NCBI GenBank assembly: GCA_039024555.1
Contig: JBCCQQ010000016.1
Span: forward strand, 1 to 64,000
Length of the DNA stretch: 64,000 bases
Source: Cyanobacteria bacterium P01_D01_bin.156
Lineage (GTDB): Bacteria > Cyanobacteriota > Cyanobacteriia > Phormidesmidales > Phormidesmidaceae
Direction of reading: 5' to 3'
Position numbers and translations under genes: made by a program. Shown in pieces: positions 10,189 to 19,135 of the stretch (positions are counted from its first letter, which is position 1; each line of letters begins with the position of its first letter). The notes beneath the pieces were generated by a model, which saw nothing but the letters and a program-made list of their open reading frames with translations, ran no database searches and was not told the DNA's origin.

Positions 10189-11214
10189 TTATGCTTGGGC
10201 AATGCTGTCCAGAGCTTTATTAACCCGCTTGAAGTCAAAACCCATGGCTCGTAGAGCATGCCACAGATGGCCCTGCAGGAAGAAGAAGCCAAGGAAGAAG
10301 TGAGCATTGGCTAGCCAACAACGAGCCGTATGGGCCTGAAACGGCAGCTCAATGGTATCTGCAAAGTAAGGAGATACCCCCAGCTTTGTATCTAAAATAG
10401 GTCCATAGAACTCTACCGGATAGGCCAGTGTGTTTACCGCACAGAAGTAAGCGGCAACAAATGCAGCTAGTGCAATACCACCCAGGGAGTAAGAGAGAAT
10501 TGCCTCACCCGAGAAGGAGAGAACCTTCTTAGCCCAGCCCAGTGGTGGAACTGCAATGTGCCATACACCACCCAAGATAAGCAAAGTACCTACAAAAGCA
10601 TGGCCACCAACCAGGTCTTCTAGGCTATCAATGCTAGCAAAGTGAGTCTGATAGCCATAGATAGTGGCAATATCCAACGTTGGATTGGTGATCAAACGAA
10701 CTTCACCTAAGGCTGGATCGTATAGACCATGCCACTTAGTGGCCCAAAGCACCAAAACAAGGGCACCAATACCCAAAAACAAAAGATGGTGACCTAGGAT
10801 AAAGCCCAATTTCTTAGGATCTTCCCACTGGAAGTGAAACTTCTTGGCTCTGCCAGTTGCCTGGCTCAGGTCTTCTTCACCTTTGACCAAATGGAATAAA
10901 GCACCCGCAGCCAATACAGCGGAAGACACTAGGTGTACAACACCAACGACAAAAGCAGGATAGGTATCTACAAGACCACCACCGCTAACGCCAAAACCAA
11001 GGGTGGCTAAGTGGGGTAATAGGATCAACCCCTGCTCACCCATGGCGATAGAGGGATCATAGGTTGATAGCTCAAACAGGGTGAAGGCACCGGCCCAAAA
11101 GGTAATTAGGGCGGCTTGAGCAACGTGCGCTGAAATAAATAATCCAGACTTATCGGCGAAGCGGGAATTGCCCGCCCACCAATCGTAAGTTGGACTTTCA
11201 CCATACGCTTGCAT
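10189..11214 (-). CDS. isiA: Iron-stress chlorophyll-binding protein IsiA (CP43'/Pcb family)
   Basis: [55 protein letters not shown]; 341 aa, lacks the large CP43 loop. Confidence 0.9.
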   Translation of the reverse strand: MQAYGESPTYDWWAGNSRFADKSGLFISAHVAQAALITFWAGAFTLFELSTYDPSIAMGEQGLILLPHLATLGFGVSGGGLVDTYPAFVVGVVHLVSSAVLAAGALFHLVKGEEDLSQATGRAKKFHFQWEDPKKLGFILGHHLLFLGIGALVLVLWATKWHGLYDPALGEVRLITNPTLDIATIYGYQTHFASIDSLEDLVGGHAFVGTLLILGGVWHIAVPPLGWAKKVLSFSGEAILSYSLGGIALAAFVAAYFCAVNTLAYPVEFYGPILDTKLGVSPYFADTIELPFQAHTARCWLANAHFFLGFFFLQGHLWHALRAMGFDFKRVNKALDSIAQA

Positions 11215-11668
11215 AGTGATGATGTCTCCGATAACGACAGCAGTCCCGCGATTAAACGAAACCTCATTGAAAATGGATTGATGTGTAAATGATTTTCAAT
11301 GGCTTCAGCCAGATTGCCCTATGGCATGGGGTACTGGCAACTAATGACATCAATTCTTAATAGTGGTGATGCAGATAACATTTTTAACAGATAGAGACCT
11401 TTCTATTTTTAAGTAGTCTAGGCTTGATTTTTAGCTTTTTTATAAACCAAGGATGGTCTATCTTTAAAGAAAACCTTTCTCAAAAGTAAGCCTTAAAGTA
11501 ATGATGACACGACTTGGAAGTTAAGCATCGGCCCATAGAGAACAGGGACGCTCAGGACTTTCTCTCCTAATGGGAAGTATCAAGGCTCTCCCCATTAGGC
11601 ACACTGAGGTTTACCTCCCTGTTCTGGCAGGATGAATTCGTTGTAAGGTCGGGCGAAAGTTTTGGCCC

Positions 11669-11696
11669 GCATGGGTTACGCGGGGCTAACCCATGC
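11669..11696 (-). terminator. Hairpin downstream of the CIS baseplate arm
   Basis: GCATGGGTTA/TAACCCATGC 10-bp stem just past the stop of the 850-aa gene. Confidence 0.5.
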
Positions 11697-11713
11697 TCCA
11701 TCCTCTTTAAACA

Positions 11714-14266
11714 TTACTCAAACTGTGGGGGTAGCTCCTGGGGAGAGACCATCCCTGGTTTAGACGGTACCGGCAATGCTCTACCATTAGCCCCATTATT
11801 CACTCCGGCAGCTCTGGCACCCGCCGCACCCGCCGCTCCAGCTTCTTCCTCAGCTGCCGCATCCCCAGTATTCACAACAATGGTCGGACTCTCAGGTGTG
11901 GGGTCAAATGTCGTAATCGTAATCGACCGGATCAGCTGCTCCCCAGCTACATTGGTCACCTGCAAAGACAACAGCGTTTCCCCTGGCTCAGGTCCCAGAG
12001 ATACCGGCAAAACCCCTTGCACTGGCACATTGCCAGGGGCTGGCATCAGAGTTACCTCAGTCCCCGGATTATTCTCCACCTCCCAGGCCAACATCAAACT
12101 TACCGGCGACTGTCCCTGATCAACCGGAATTAAATAGCTTGGCTTGGCAGGCTGACCATTGAGGGTGAATGTTAACAACTGGGGGGGACGGGGCTGAATC
12201 TGGGTAGGTTCACTAGTGAACAAAATCGGCTCTGCGGGTTTACCAAGTTTGGGAACCGCCATCAACTCAAAAGTGTAAAGTCCCGCCTGTCGCAAACCGG
12301 TGGGCACATTTTTACACACCAGCTGAGTTTCTAAAGTACAAAAGTCCCTTAGTTCCTTAGGCACCCCATCCAGAAAATTAAAGGAAAATTCTGGTGTGGC
12401 CACCACCCCTTCTACATTACGTCCTACTAGGTGAAGACTGTTTAACCGGTCAGGCTGATCCACCACCCAATTTACCCTGGCCACATAAGGGTCTTTTTCC
12501 AACGGTGTTGGCACAAAGGCCCCTAAAATTTCAGTTTTTTTCTCTTCTTCTGCGGTCTGTTGTTTGGCCTCTTTTGGCTTCTCTTCTGCCTTTTTTGGCG
12601 GCGCTTCCGCATAGGTAGCCGAGGTGGGCACCAGCTCTACAATGGTGGGCACCGGGGCAGGGGAAATAGCTATGGGCAACGCAGTTGCCTGGGCAGGAGT
12701 GGCATTACGACCCTGTTTAGGAATCAACGAGAGGGAAAAGGTATAGTCTCCAGCCCGTCTGGCATCGGTACGCACATTCCGACAGGTGAGCAACCGCTTT
12801 TGTTGAACACACAGGGGCTCTAAATGGGCCGGTAACCCTTCAGAAAAGTCAAACACTAGGGGACCGCTCAGCAGTTCTCCTTCTCCGGAGAGACCGACAA
12901 TTTCTAAACGCTGAATCCGCTGGGGATGGGTAATTTCAAACCCCACATGCACAGTATCTTCCTGGGCGGCATTATAGACAGTATCTTCAGTGGCAAAGCG
13001 CAAAATTTTAGCCGGGGCCGGGGGGCGAATTAAAAACCACCAGGCCAGCCACACTAGACCGATAAAGGAGCCCAGCAACAACAGAATTACGGGTAAAATC
13101 TGCCACCAGGGTCGAGCTTCCCACATTAACAACCCTTGCATGGGCATTTCGGGCAGCGGCTTGTTCTCTGGGTCCTTGGCGGTGACCTCAAAGTTGATCA
13201 TCCGCCCGCCGCCAAACAGCGGACGCTTCCATGGACTTTTTGGCTGAACCGAAATCTGACTAATTAGGGTTTGGTGGGGCGCTAGGGTGAGGGACTCGGG
13301 CTGAATCTGGTAGTTGCACAGGTCGCCATCTTCTAGCCCCAAAATACTGAAATCCAGCTTTCTAGAGGTATTGCCCTGGTTGTTGGCTTGGATGCTGTAC
13401 ATCCCAGCTTGTTTCTGAACCCGACTGACCAGGGTTCTAAACCGGGTTTCTAGCTGGTAAACCGGCTGAACGGTGATGTACAAAACATCCAACAGTTTTA
13501 GTTTGGGATTGTTTTCGGACTTTAGCTGGATGGTGGCCAGTAGAGTGGTGGCCAAGGCATCCAGCGGGGGAGTCACTGTCAGGAGAATCACCCCTTCCAT
13601 CCCCGGATTGAGATCTAGGTAGGGCTCTGTAACCGCCAGACCCGGTGTCTGAAACCCTTGGGGATAGTGAACAGCAACCCAGTCCTCTGGCAGGTCGCTA
13701 CACTGGAGCCGAAACCGGTCTACCCGGTTGGCCCGGTTATAGACATAAATTTGAAACTGCAGCGGATTGCCGGGCAGGGTGCTCACCGGCTTAGCACTGG
13801 TGGTGGCCGGATCTACGGCAAAGGTGGGATCGCTGACTCGAACAGCAGTTTGGGCCGGTGGCAATACCTGGAGGGTGTGTTCGTAGCGCTGGGGGGGACT
13901 GTCGGGATAGTGATTGGGGGCATCCACCACCAGACGGTATTGGTAAGCTCCCGACAGGGCCGTGGCGGGCACATCAAAACAAAAGATTACCTCTTCTCCC
14001 TGACCTGGGTCGAGGGCTAGGCGGGTTTGGGTGGTGGAACACCAGCCCTGTAGAACAGCAGGGAGTTCGTCTAGGTAAACATCAATGATGGCGCTCTGGT
14101 TGCCTTTGTTGTTAACCGTGACGCTGATTTCCAGTGGTTCCCCCGGCAGCACATGGTCTTCTCCCGAAGAGGAGAGAATAATCCCAATGGGTTGGGACGT
14201 GATGTTTTCGAGGGATTCGGCGGCGATGTCGAGGAGCGATCGCATCGGGACGGAAAACTGAGTCAT
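11714..14266 (-). CDS. CIS-associated single-pass membrane protein with N-terminal Ig-like (COG1470-type) repeats
   Basis: Three V.N.G/N beta-sandwich-like modules, TM segment WWQILPVILLLLGSFIGLVWLAWWFLI, duplicated Cys-containing C-terminal domain. Confidence 0.75.
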   Translation of the reverse strand: MTQFSVPMRSLLDIAAESLENITSQPIGIILSSSGEDHVLPGEPLEISVTVNNKGNQSAIIDVYLDELPAVLQGWCSTTQTRLALDPGQGEEVIFCFDVPATALSGAYQYRLVVDAPNHYPDSPPQRYEHTLQVLPPAQTAVRVSDPTFAVDPATTSAKPVSTLPGNPLQFQIYVYNRANRVDRFRLQCSDLPEDWVAVHYPQGFQTPGLAVTEPYLDLNPGMEGVILLTVTPPLDALATTLLATIQLKSENNPKLKLLDVLYITVQPVYQLETRFRTLVSRVQKQAGMYSIQANNQGNTSRKLDFSILGLEDGDLCNYQIQPESLTLAPHQTLISQISVQPKSPWKRPLFGGGRMINFEVTAKDPENKPLPEMPMQGLLMWEARPWWQILPVILLLLGSFIGLVWLAWWFLIRPPAPAKILRFATEDTVYNAAQEDTVHVGFEITHPQRIQRLEIVGLSGEGELLSGPLVFDFSEGLPAHLEPLCVQQKRLLTCRNVRTDARRAGDYTFSLSLIPKQGRNATPAQATALPIAISPAPVPTIVELVPTSATYAEAPPKKAEEKPKEAKQQTAEEEKKTEILGAFVPTPLEKDPYVARVNWVVDQPDRLNSLHLVGRNVEGVVATPEFSFNFLDGVPKELRDFCTLETQLVCKNVPTGLRQAGLYTFELMAVPKLGKPAEPILFTSEPTQIQPRPPQLLTFTLNGQPAKPSYLIPVDQGQSPVSLMLAWEVENNPGTEVTLMPAPGNVPVQGVLPVSLGPEPGETLLSLQVTNVAGEQLIRSITITTFDPTPESPTIVVNTGDAAAEEEAGAAGAAGARAAGVNNGANGRALPVPSKPGMVSPQELPPQFE

Positions 14267-14316
14267 GGCTAGGTGGGGCTAAGAACAGAAGCGTTGGTAT
14301 CTTTCATTGGCACCCA

Positions 14317-16449
14317 CTAGGGGCAGGCTTTGTTATTGGCTTTGGTGCGATGAAGTTTGACCCAGTGGGTATCGCTACCGCTAACCACCAGTAATTTTTT
14401 TTCCTGCTGCACAACATCAACGCTGTTTACCGGTTGCTTAAAGCTTGCCAGCTGCTGCTTTCTCATTACCTGCCCAACGGTGTTGAGATACCACAGCATG
14501 ACTCGACCATCGTCACCGCCGCTGACCAAATAACAAGCATCCCGACTAAGGGCAACGGTATTAACTGGCTCTCCCTGATGCCCATCGGACCAATCATCGC
14601 TAGGCTCACAGGTGCTAATGTCGCTCAGACAAGAATGTAGATTCCACAGGGTAATGCGCCCCTGATTGTCGGCAGTGGCAAGATGGGTGGTGGTGGCATC
14701 CAAACTGGAAATATAGTCGTTGGGTTCACCGGCAGGATAAGCCAGGGGCTGCTGTTGGCCAGTTTCCACATCCCAAAGGAGCAGTTGGTTAAACCGACCG
14801 GCCACGGCAAGCAGCTGTTTTTGAGACGCGCGGGTATCAACGATGGGGACTATGGACTGGACCGCAAAGGGAAATTTTTTCTCCTGTTGGGGAACGGTTT
14901 GCCCGCCCAAGGATGATAAATCTTCTAGCCCCCAGCGCAGCACCAGACCACTGCCATGGGCACTAAAAAGACTCTGGGAATCGTAGCTAAAGCGTAAATC
15001 AAAGACCCGATCGTCCCGTTGAAACACAAAAGACTTCGGCGCTGTTTGAGAGAGAAAATCCCACAGCTGAATCTCACCATTTTCTAAACCGGCCACAAAT
15101 AAATCGTTGTTGCGGGGACGATAGCGCACCACGCGCACCGCTTTATCAGAATCACTCAGGGCCGTGCGATCCTTTAGCCTAGGCAGCACCTGCCACCGCC
15201 GCAGGGTATGGTCATCGGCACCACTAATAACGGTGTTGCCCTGGCCATCAAACTGTACCGTATTCACCGGTCCCCGATGGCCCGATGGCCAGTACAAAGC
15301 CGTCAGGGCCGCCAACAGCACCCCACCCAAGCCTAGACCCTGTACCCACAATGGCACCTTGGGTTTAGCCAACAGTTCTACGGTTTGGGTGGCGGGACGA
15401 ATTTCTGTTTGTTGCAGCTGTGGACGCAGTTGAAATCGCTGTCGTTGAGGCCAACCGAGTAGGGCAGGCTGGGGAGAAAGGGTAAGCTCCACGGAGGCCA
15501 TGGCACCGGGTTTTAACTGTACCTGGGCCGGACTCAGCTGAAGCACCTGGGACGTGGTGGCCGGTGGCGTAACGGGCTGACGGCGCACCCTGGCCCAAAC
15601 CCTACGGTACCAGGGAATATCAATGCGATTAAGGCTGATGGCCACGTCCTGACGCACATTGCTCTGGTTATCAAAGCTGACGGTGTGGTGGGTGGGAAGA
15701 GATTTTTTAACAGATTTTTCTGCGGACGTATCAGCTTCGGCTTCCTCGATATCACAGCTAAAATCTATCCAACCCGTGGGTAATACGGTAAGGGTGGCCG
15801 CCTGCCGCACAACGGGAGCTTCGATTTGGCTGACTTCAATGGTAAAGGGATATACCTTGGCCTCACTGGCGAGGGGCGGCTGGCAGATAAACAAACCATT
15901 GGCACTACCCTGGGGAGCCACCTGCAGCCGACGCTCGTGACCATCGGTAAGCCAGACCTTGGGTAGCCCCTTCACAACAACTCGGCTGTTGGTAGTATTG
16001 CGGTTAGGATTGTATAGCTGCACAGGAATTTCTAGCAGACCTCCCGGCACTGTCTGAAAATCGGTAACCGGCACCTTGAGGGTAGGTGGGGTAATACCGG
16101 TCCCTGCCACCACCAGATTCACCAGCTGTCGATCTTCTTCCCCCAGTTCCAGACAGGTGACATTGACATTGAGGTTCATTTTGCCGTTAAAGCCACCGGG
16201 GATGGGGGGCACTTCCAAAATGTTCACCACAAAGTTCACCCGATCTCCGGCGGGAATTTTGGCAGAGAGATCTGGGGTAAGGCGGTACCAGTCAGGTTTG
16301 CTTTGGTGACCCAGCCCCGATGCGGAGAGTTCTAGGGCAAAGGTGGCAAACTGATCGCTGAGATTGTTGACCATGACCTCAAACTGGTCATTGCCCGCGC
16401 CAAGCTGGACAGTGTGGGTAGAAAGCTGGGTGAGAATCTGTTTGGGCAT
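14317..16449 (-). CDS. CIS-associated single-pass membrane protein with Ig-like N-terminus and C-terminal WD40 propeller
   Basis: TM segment VPLWVQGLGLGGVLLAALTALYW, then GH..VNTV..SGADD..RW, LWD and SGGDDGRVMLW repeats. Confidence 0.8.
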   Translation of the reverse strand: MPKQILTQLSTHTVQLGAGNDQFEVMVNNLSDQFATFALELSASGLGHQSKPDWYRLTPDLSAKIPAGDRVNFVVNILEVPPIPGGFNGKMNLNVNVTCLELGEEDRQLVNLVVAGTGITPPTLKVPVTDFQTVPGGLLEIPVQLYNPNRNTTNSRVVVKGLPKVWLTDGHERRLQVAPQGSANGLFICQPPLASEAKVYPFTIEVSQIEAPVVRQAATLTVLPTGWIDFSCDIEEAEADTSAEKSVKKSLPTHHTVSFDNQSNVRQDVAISLNRIDIPWYRRVWARVRRQPVTPPATTSQVLQLSPAQVQLKPGAMASVELTLSPQPALLGWPQRQRFQLRPQLQQTEIRPATQTVELLAKPKVPLWVQGLGLGGVLLAALTALYWPSGHRGPVNTVQFDGQGNTVISGADDHTLRRWQVLPRLKDRTALSDSDKAVRVVRYRPRNNDLFVAGLENGEIQLWDFLSQTAPKSFVFQRDDRVFDLRFSYDSQSLFSAHGSGLVLRWGLEDLSSLGGQTVPQQEKKFPFAVQSIVPIVDTRASQKQLLAVAGRFNQLLLWDVETGQQQPLAYPAGEPNDYISSLDATTTHLATADNQGRITLWNLHSCLSDISTCEPSDDWSDGHQGEPVNTVALSRDACYLVSGGDDGRVMLWYLNTVGQVMRKQQLASFKQPVNSVDVVQQEKKLLVVSGSDTHWVKLHRTKANNKACP

Positions 16450-16452
16450 GGA

Positions 16453-16552
16453 GTGGGATTTGGGAGTTAGGAATTCGGAGTTCAGAAGTGGGAATTGGGA
16501 TTGGGAGTTCGGAATTTGGAATTGGGAGTTCCGACTTCCGACTTCCGAATTA
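16453..16552. repeat. Short tandem heptamer/hexamer repeats (STRR-like)
   Basis: GGGAATT / GGAGTTC / TTCCGAC units. Confidence 0.7.
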
Positions 16553-16558
16553 GTGTGA

Positions 16559-17884
16559 TTATGGGTGGGATGATGAGGTGGAAGGTATTGATGGGGCAGC
16601 CTGGGGCGCTGCGGTGCGGTTGGTGGTTTGGGCTGGCGGTGTTAACCACTGGTGCATCCGTCGTCGTTGGGCGGCAAAGTTCAGCAGGTTAATGCCCAAT
16701 TCCTGGGCGCTGCGAATCTCTTCGCGGGACAGTTCCAGGGGACTGTCTAGGGTCCAGGCTTCGAGCAAAGGCCCCACTAATAACAACAGGCCGCCCCAGC
16801 CGTATAGGCCGATGGGTCGGGTGTTGAGGGTGGGCAGTCGATGAAAGTTAAAGGGCTGCGATCGCACCACATGATCCATATTTAGGGGCTGCGGGTCTAA
16901 CCCTTCCCGTTGTACAAAGGCCAATAGGGGCTGACTTAGCTGGTCCACCGCATCGGCAATACAGGACTGGATTTCTGCTAATTCTCCTTGGGCAGATTCC
17001 TGCAGGCTAGGGGCTAAGGAACGGCGGCTGGTTGCGATCGCTCGGCGCAGTTCTGCTTCTACCTGATAGAGATCGCCGAGCTGATCTGAATCGGCTTCTA
17101 CCAACAGCACTCCGCCCGCTTGTAAATATTGGGCCACGTGATATTCATCGGGACGACCCAGCTGACAAAATTCATCGTAGTCAAAATGGGTTAGATCGCT
17201 GCGCAGCGCCTCCGGTGACACTTTGCCCAACAACCCCGGATACAGTCCGGGTAGGGACGAAAACAATGCTTCAAACTGGGCAATGGCCGGACTGCGGTGA
17301 TGGGACCAGGCAGAGATACTTGCGGTTAGCTGGGCTCGGGGTCGTACCCGCTGACGATGGCGCAGATCCAGCTGATTCAGGGCCGGAGCAAACACATCCT
17401 CGGGAGCCGTAATTTTTATACTCCCCACCCCCAGTCTCACCCGGCACAGTTCCACCTCATCTGCAGCGGCGGGTACATCCTTTTCTAAAATCTGAAACGC
17501 TTCTTGAATAATCTTTGGCTGAGACGATTGTTCTGAATGTTTCAGCACAATATAAATTGTCGTCTCATTGACCGGCTGGGCCGAGAGATAACAACTTTCT
17601 GCCTGGGCTACAAAAATTGGATTCCCCTGGTTGTCAATGGCTAATCCTGGCTGAATTGTTAACCAGCGAGGCTGCCGGTATTTACTAGGGGCGGTCTCAG
17701 GAACAGGACCGACACTTACCCCTAAACCGCTAACAATGCCACTTTGGTGTAATGCTTCGTAGTGAATGGCATGGCGCTGTTGGTGATACCCATGGGCAAT
17801 GCGCCAGTGGTCGGCGGTAATCAGCATACCGTCATCGACCTGTACGCGTTGGAGGGGGGAAGAGATAATGTTGGCGGGTTTCAT
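16559..17884 (-). CDS. CIS-associated DUF4159-like protein
   Basis: N-terminal DGMLITADHW..YH..R..GIVSGLGV..IQPGLAID (baseplate/tail-associated), C-terminal GGVLLVE...SAQELGINLL; start reassigned to ATG 17884. Confidence 0.7.
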   Translation of the reverse strand: MKPANIISSPLQRVQVDDGMLITADHWRIAHGYHQQRHAIHYEALHQSGIVSGLGVSVGPVPETAPSKYRQPRWLTIQPGLAIDNQGNPIFVAQAESCYLSAQPVNETTIYIVLKHSEQSSQPKIIQEAFQILEKDVPAAADEVELCRVRLGVGSIKITAPEDVFAPALNQLDLRHRQRVRPRAQLTASISAWSHHRSPAIAQFEALFSSLPGLYPGLLGKVSPEALRSDLTHFDYDEFCQLGRPDEYHVAQYLQAGGVLLVEADSDQLGDLYQVEAELRRAIATSRRSLAPSLQESAQGELAEIQSCIADAVDQLSQPLLAFVQREGLDPQPLNMDHVVRSQPFNFHRLPTLNTRPIGLYGWGGLLLLVGPLLEAWTLDSPLELSREEIRSAQELGINLLNFAAQRRRMHQWLTPPAQTTNRTAAPQAAPSIPSTSSSHP

Positions 17885-17897
17885 GGGGGAAAAGAAA

Positions 17898-18037
17898 GGG
17901 GAATGGGGAATGGGGAATGGGCCTGTAGGGGCTGGCCTTGTGCCTGCCCTGATCGACTGGTTAGGCGATATATCGATCGAAAGAAATATTTGATGCGTAG
18001 GGAATGGGTCTGTAGGGGCAGGTTTCATGCCTGCCCT
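17898..18037. repeat. GGGGAAT STRR plus two REP-like GTAGGGGC...GCCTGCCCT direct copies
   Basis: (GGGGAAT)x3; 38-bp near-identical units at 17913-17950 and 18000-18037. Confidence 0.7.
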
Positions 18038-18040
18038 AAA

Positions 18041-19069
18041 TCACGTTGTATTCGGCCTCGGTTCGATGGCTAAATCGTAGGTACAAAAGGCGGGTTTCTC
18101 CTGTTCGATAATGGTGCGAATGAGGGTTTCATCTAGGGGATAGTCGGCGGGGGGCCGCAGCCGCACGACAAAGTGAAAGGGAATGTTGCCGCTGAGGATG
18201 GTGGATTCTCCCATGATGGTTTGACCCAGTACGTGGCCCTGGCTAAAGTTCTCGTGAATGCTGATGGACCGTTGAGATTCATTAGGGACATGATCGTCTA
18301 GGGGTAAACCACTGGCTAGATGTAAGTAAAACCGCAGCCCGCGCCGGGTACCGCGCCAGCGATAGATCTCCATGGCATAGCGGATCAACGCTCGCTGTTG
18401 GGCCAAACTCAAAGGACCTTGAAACGTCCACCCCACCCAGTGGGCCAAAAAGGGCAACATTGCCTGGGGCGCAGTCAGGGGATCTAAGTAAGCCCACTGG
18501 TGGTCAAGAATATCGACGGTGGGTTCAAAGGTGGTTTCAAACACTTTGAGAAACCGACCAACAAAATCGATATTGCGATAAATGTCGGGCAAAAAGTCTA
18601 GATACAGGCTGGGGGGCCGCACCAACACCTGAAACGGCTGCATCTGTTGTTGGCTATGGCCCTGCTCGGTCGTGGCCGTAACCGTTAGCTGACCGGTATG
18701 GTCCAGCTGCAGGGGTAGCTGATCGGGGGAGAGGGGACGCTCAAAAAAGTCGGCAGCGATCGCAAAATACACCACGGCTTCCATCTGGTACTGTCCCGGC
18801 AAGGTGGAGCCCTCCGTGCGCAGCTGCCACCAGTCCGGAGGCACACTTCCCGTGATGGCAAAGTCGAGATGGACCGGGGCATCGGAGTGGTTTTTTATCC
18901 GCACCACCAGCTCGCTTAACTCCCCTGGCTGCAGGTTGAGCTTAGTTTGTAGCGACTGGGGAATTAGGGCCTCCCGCGAGAACACCATCGGTGACTCTGG
19001 CGCCGCTTCTGGTAGCTGCAGCGGTGAGAGTTCAAGGCTGATTAATTGTCCCGTTGTGACCTGTGCCAT
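18041..19069 (-). CDS. CIS baseplate/phage tail protein (P2 gpI-like C-terminal domain)
   Basis: YLDFLPDIY..FVGRFLKVFE..YLDPLTAP..LPFLAHWVG..YRWRGTRRGL..EQEKPAF. Confidence 0.85.
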   Translation of the reverse strand: MAQVTTGQLISLELSPLQLPEAAPESPMVFSREALIPQSLQTKLNLQPGELSELVVRIKNHSDAPVHLDFAITGSVPPDWWQLRTEGSTLPGQYQMEAVVYFAIAADFFERPLSPDQLPLQLDHTGQLTVTATTEQGHSQQQMQPFQVLVRPPSLYLDFLPDIYRNIDFVGRFLKVFETTFEPTVDILDHQWAYLDPLTAPQAMLPFLAHWVGWTFQGPLSLAQQRALIRYAMEIYRWRGTRRGLRFYLHLASGLPLDDHVPNESQRSISIHENFSQGHVLGQTIMGESTILSGNIPFHFVVRLRPPADYPLDETLIRTIIEQEKPAFCTYDLAIEPRPNTT

Positions 19070-19135
19070 GGAGTAGTGGGTGGGAATTCGGAATGGAGAA
19101 TTCGGAGTGCGGAAAGGGAAAGGGAAAGAACGCTT

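Noticed and set aside
17885..18028. N-terminal 48-aa extension of the DUF4159-like ORF
   Set aside because: Reads through STRR and REP-like repeats; ATG 17884 is the more plausible start
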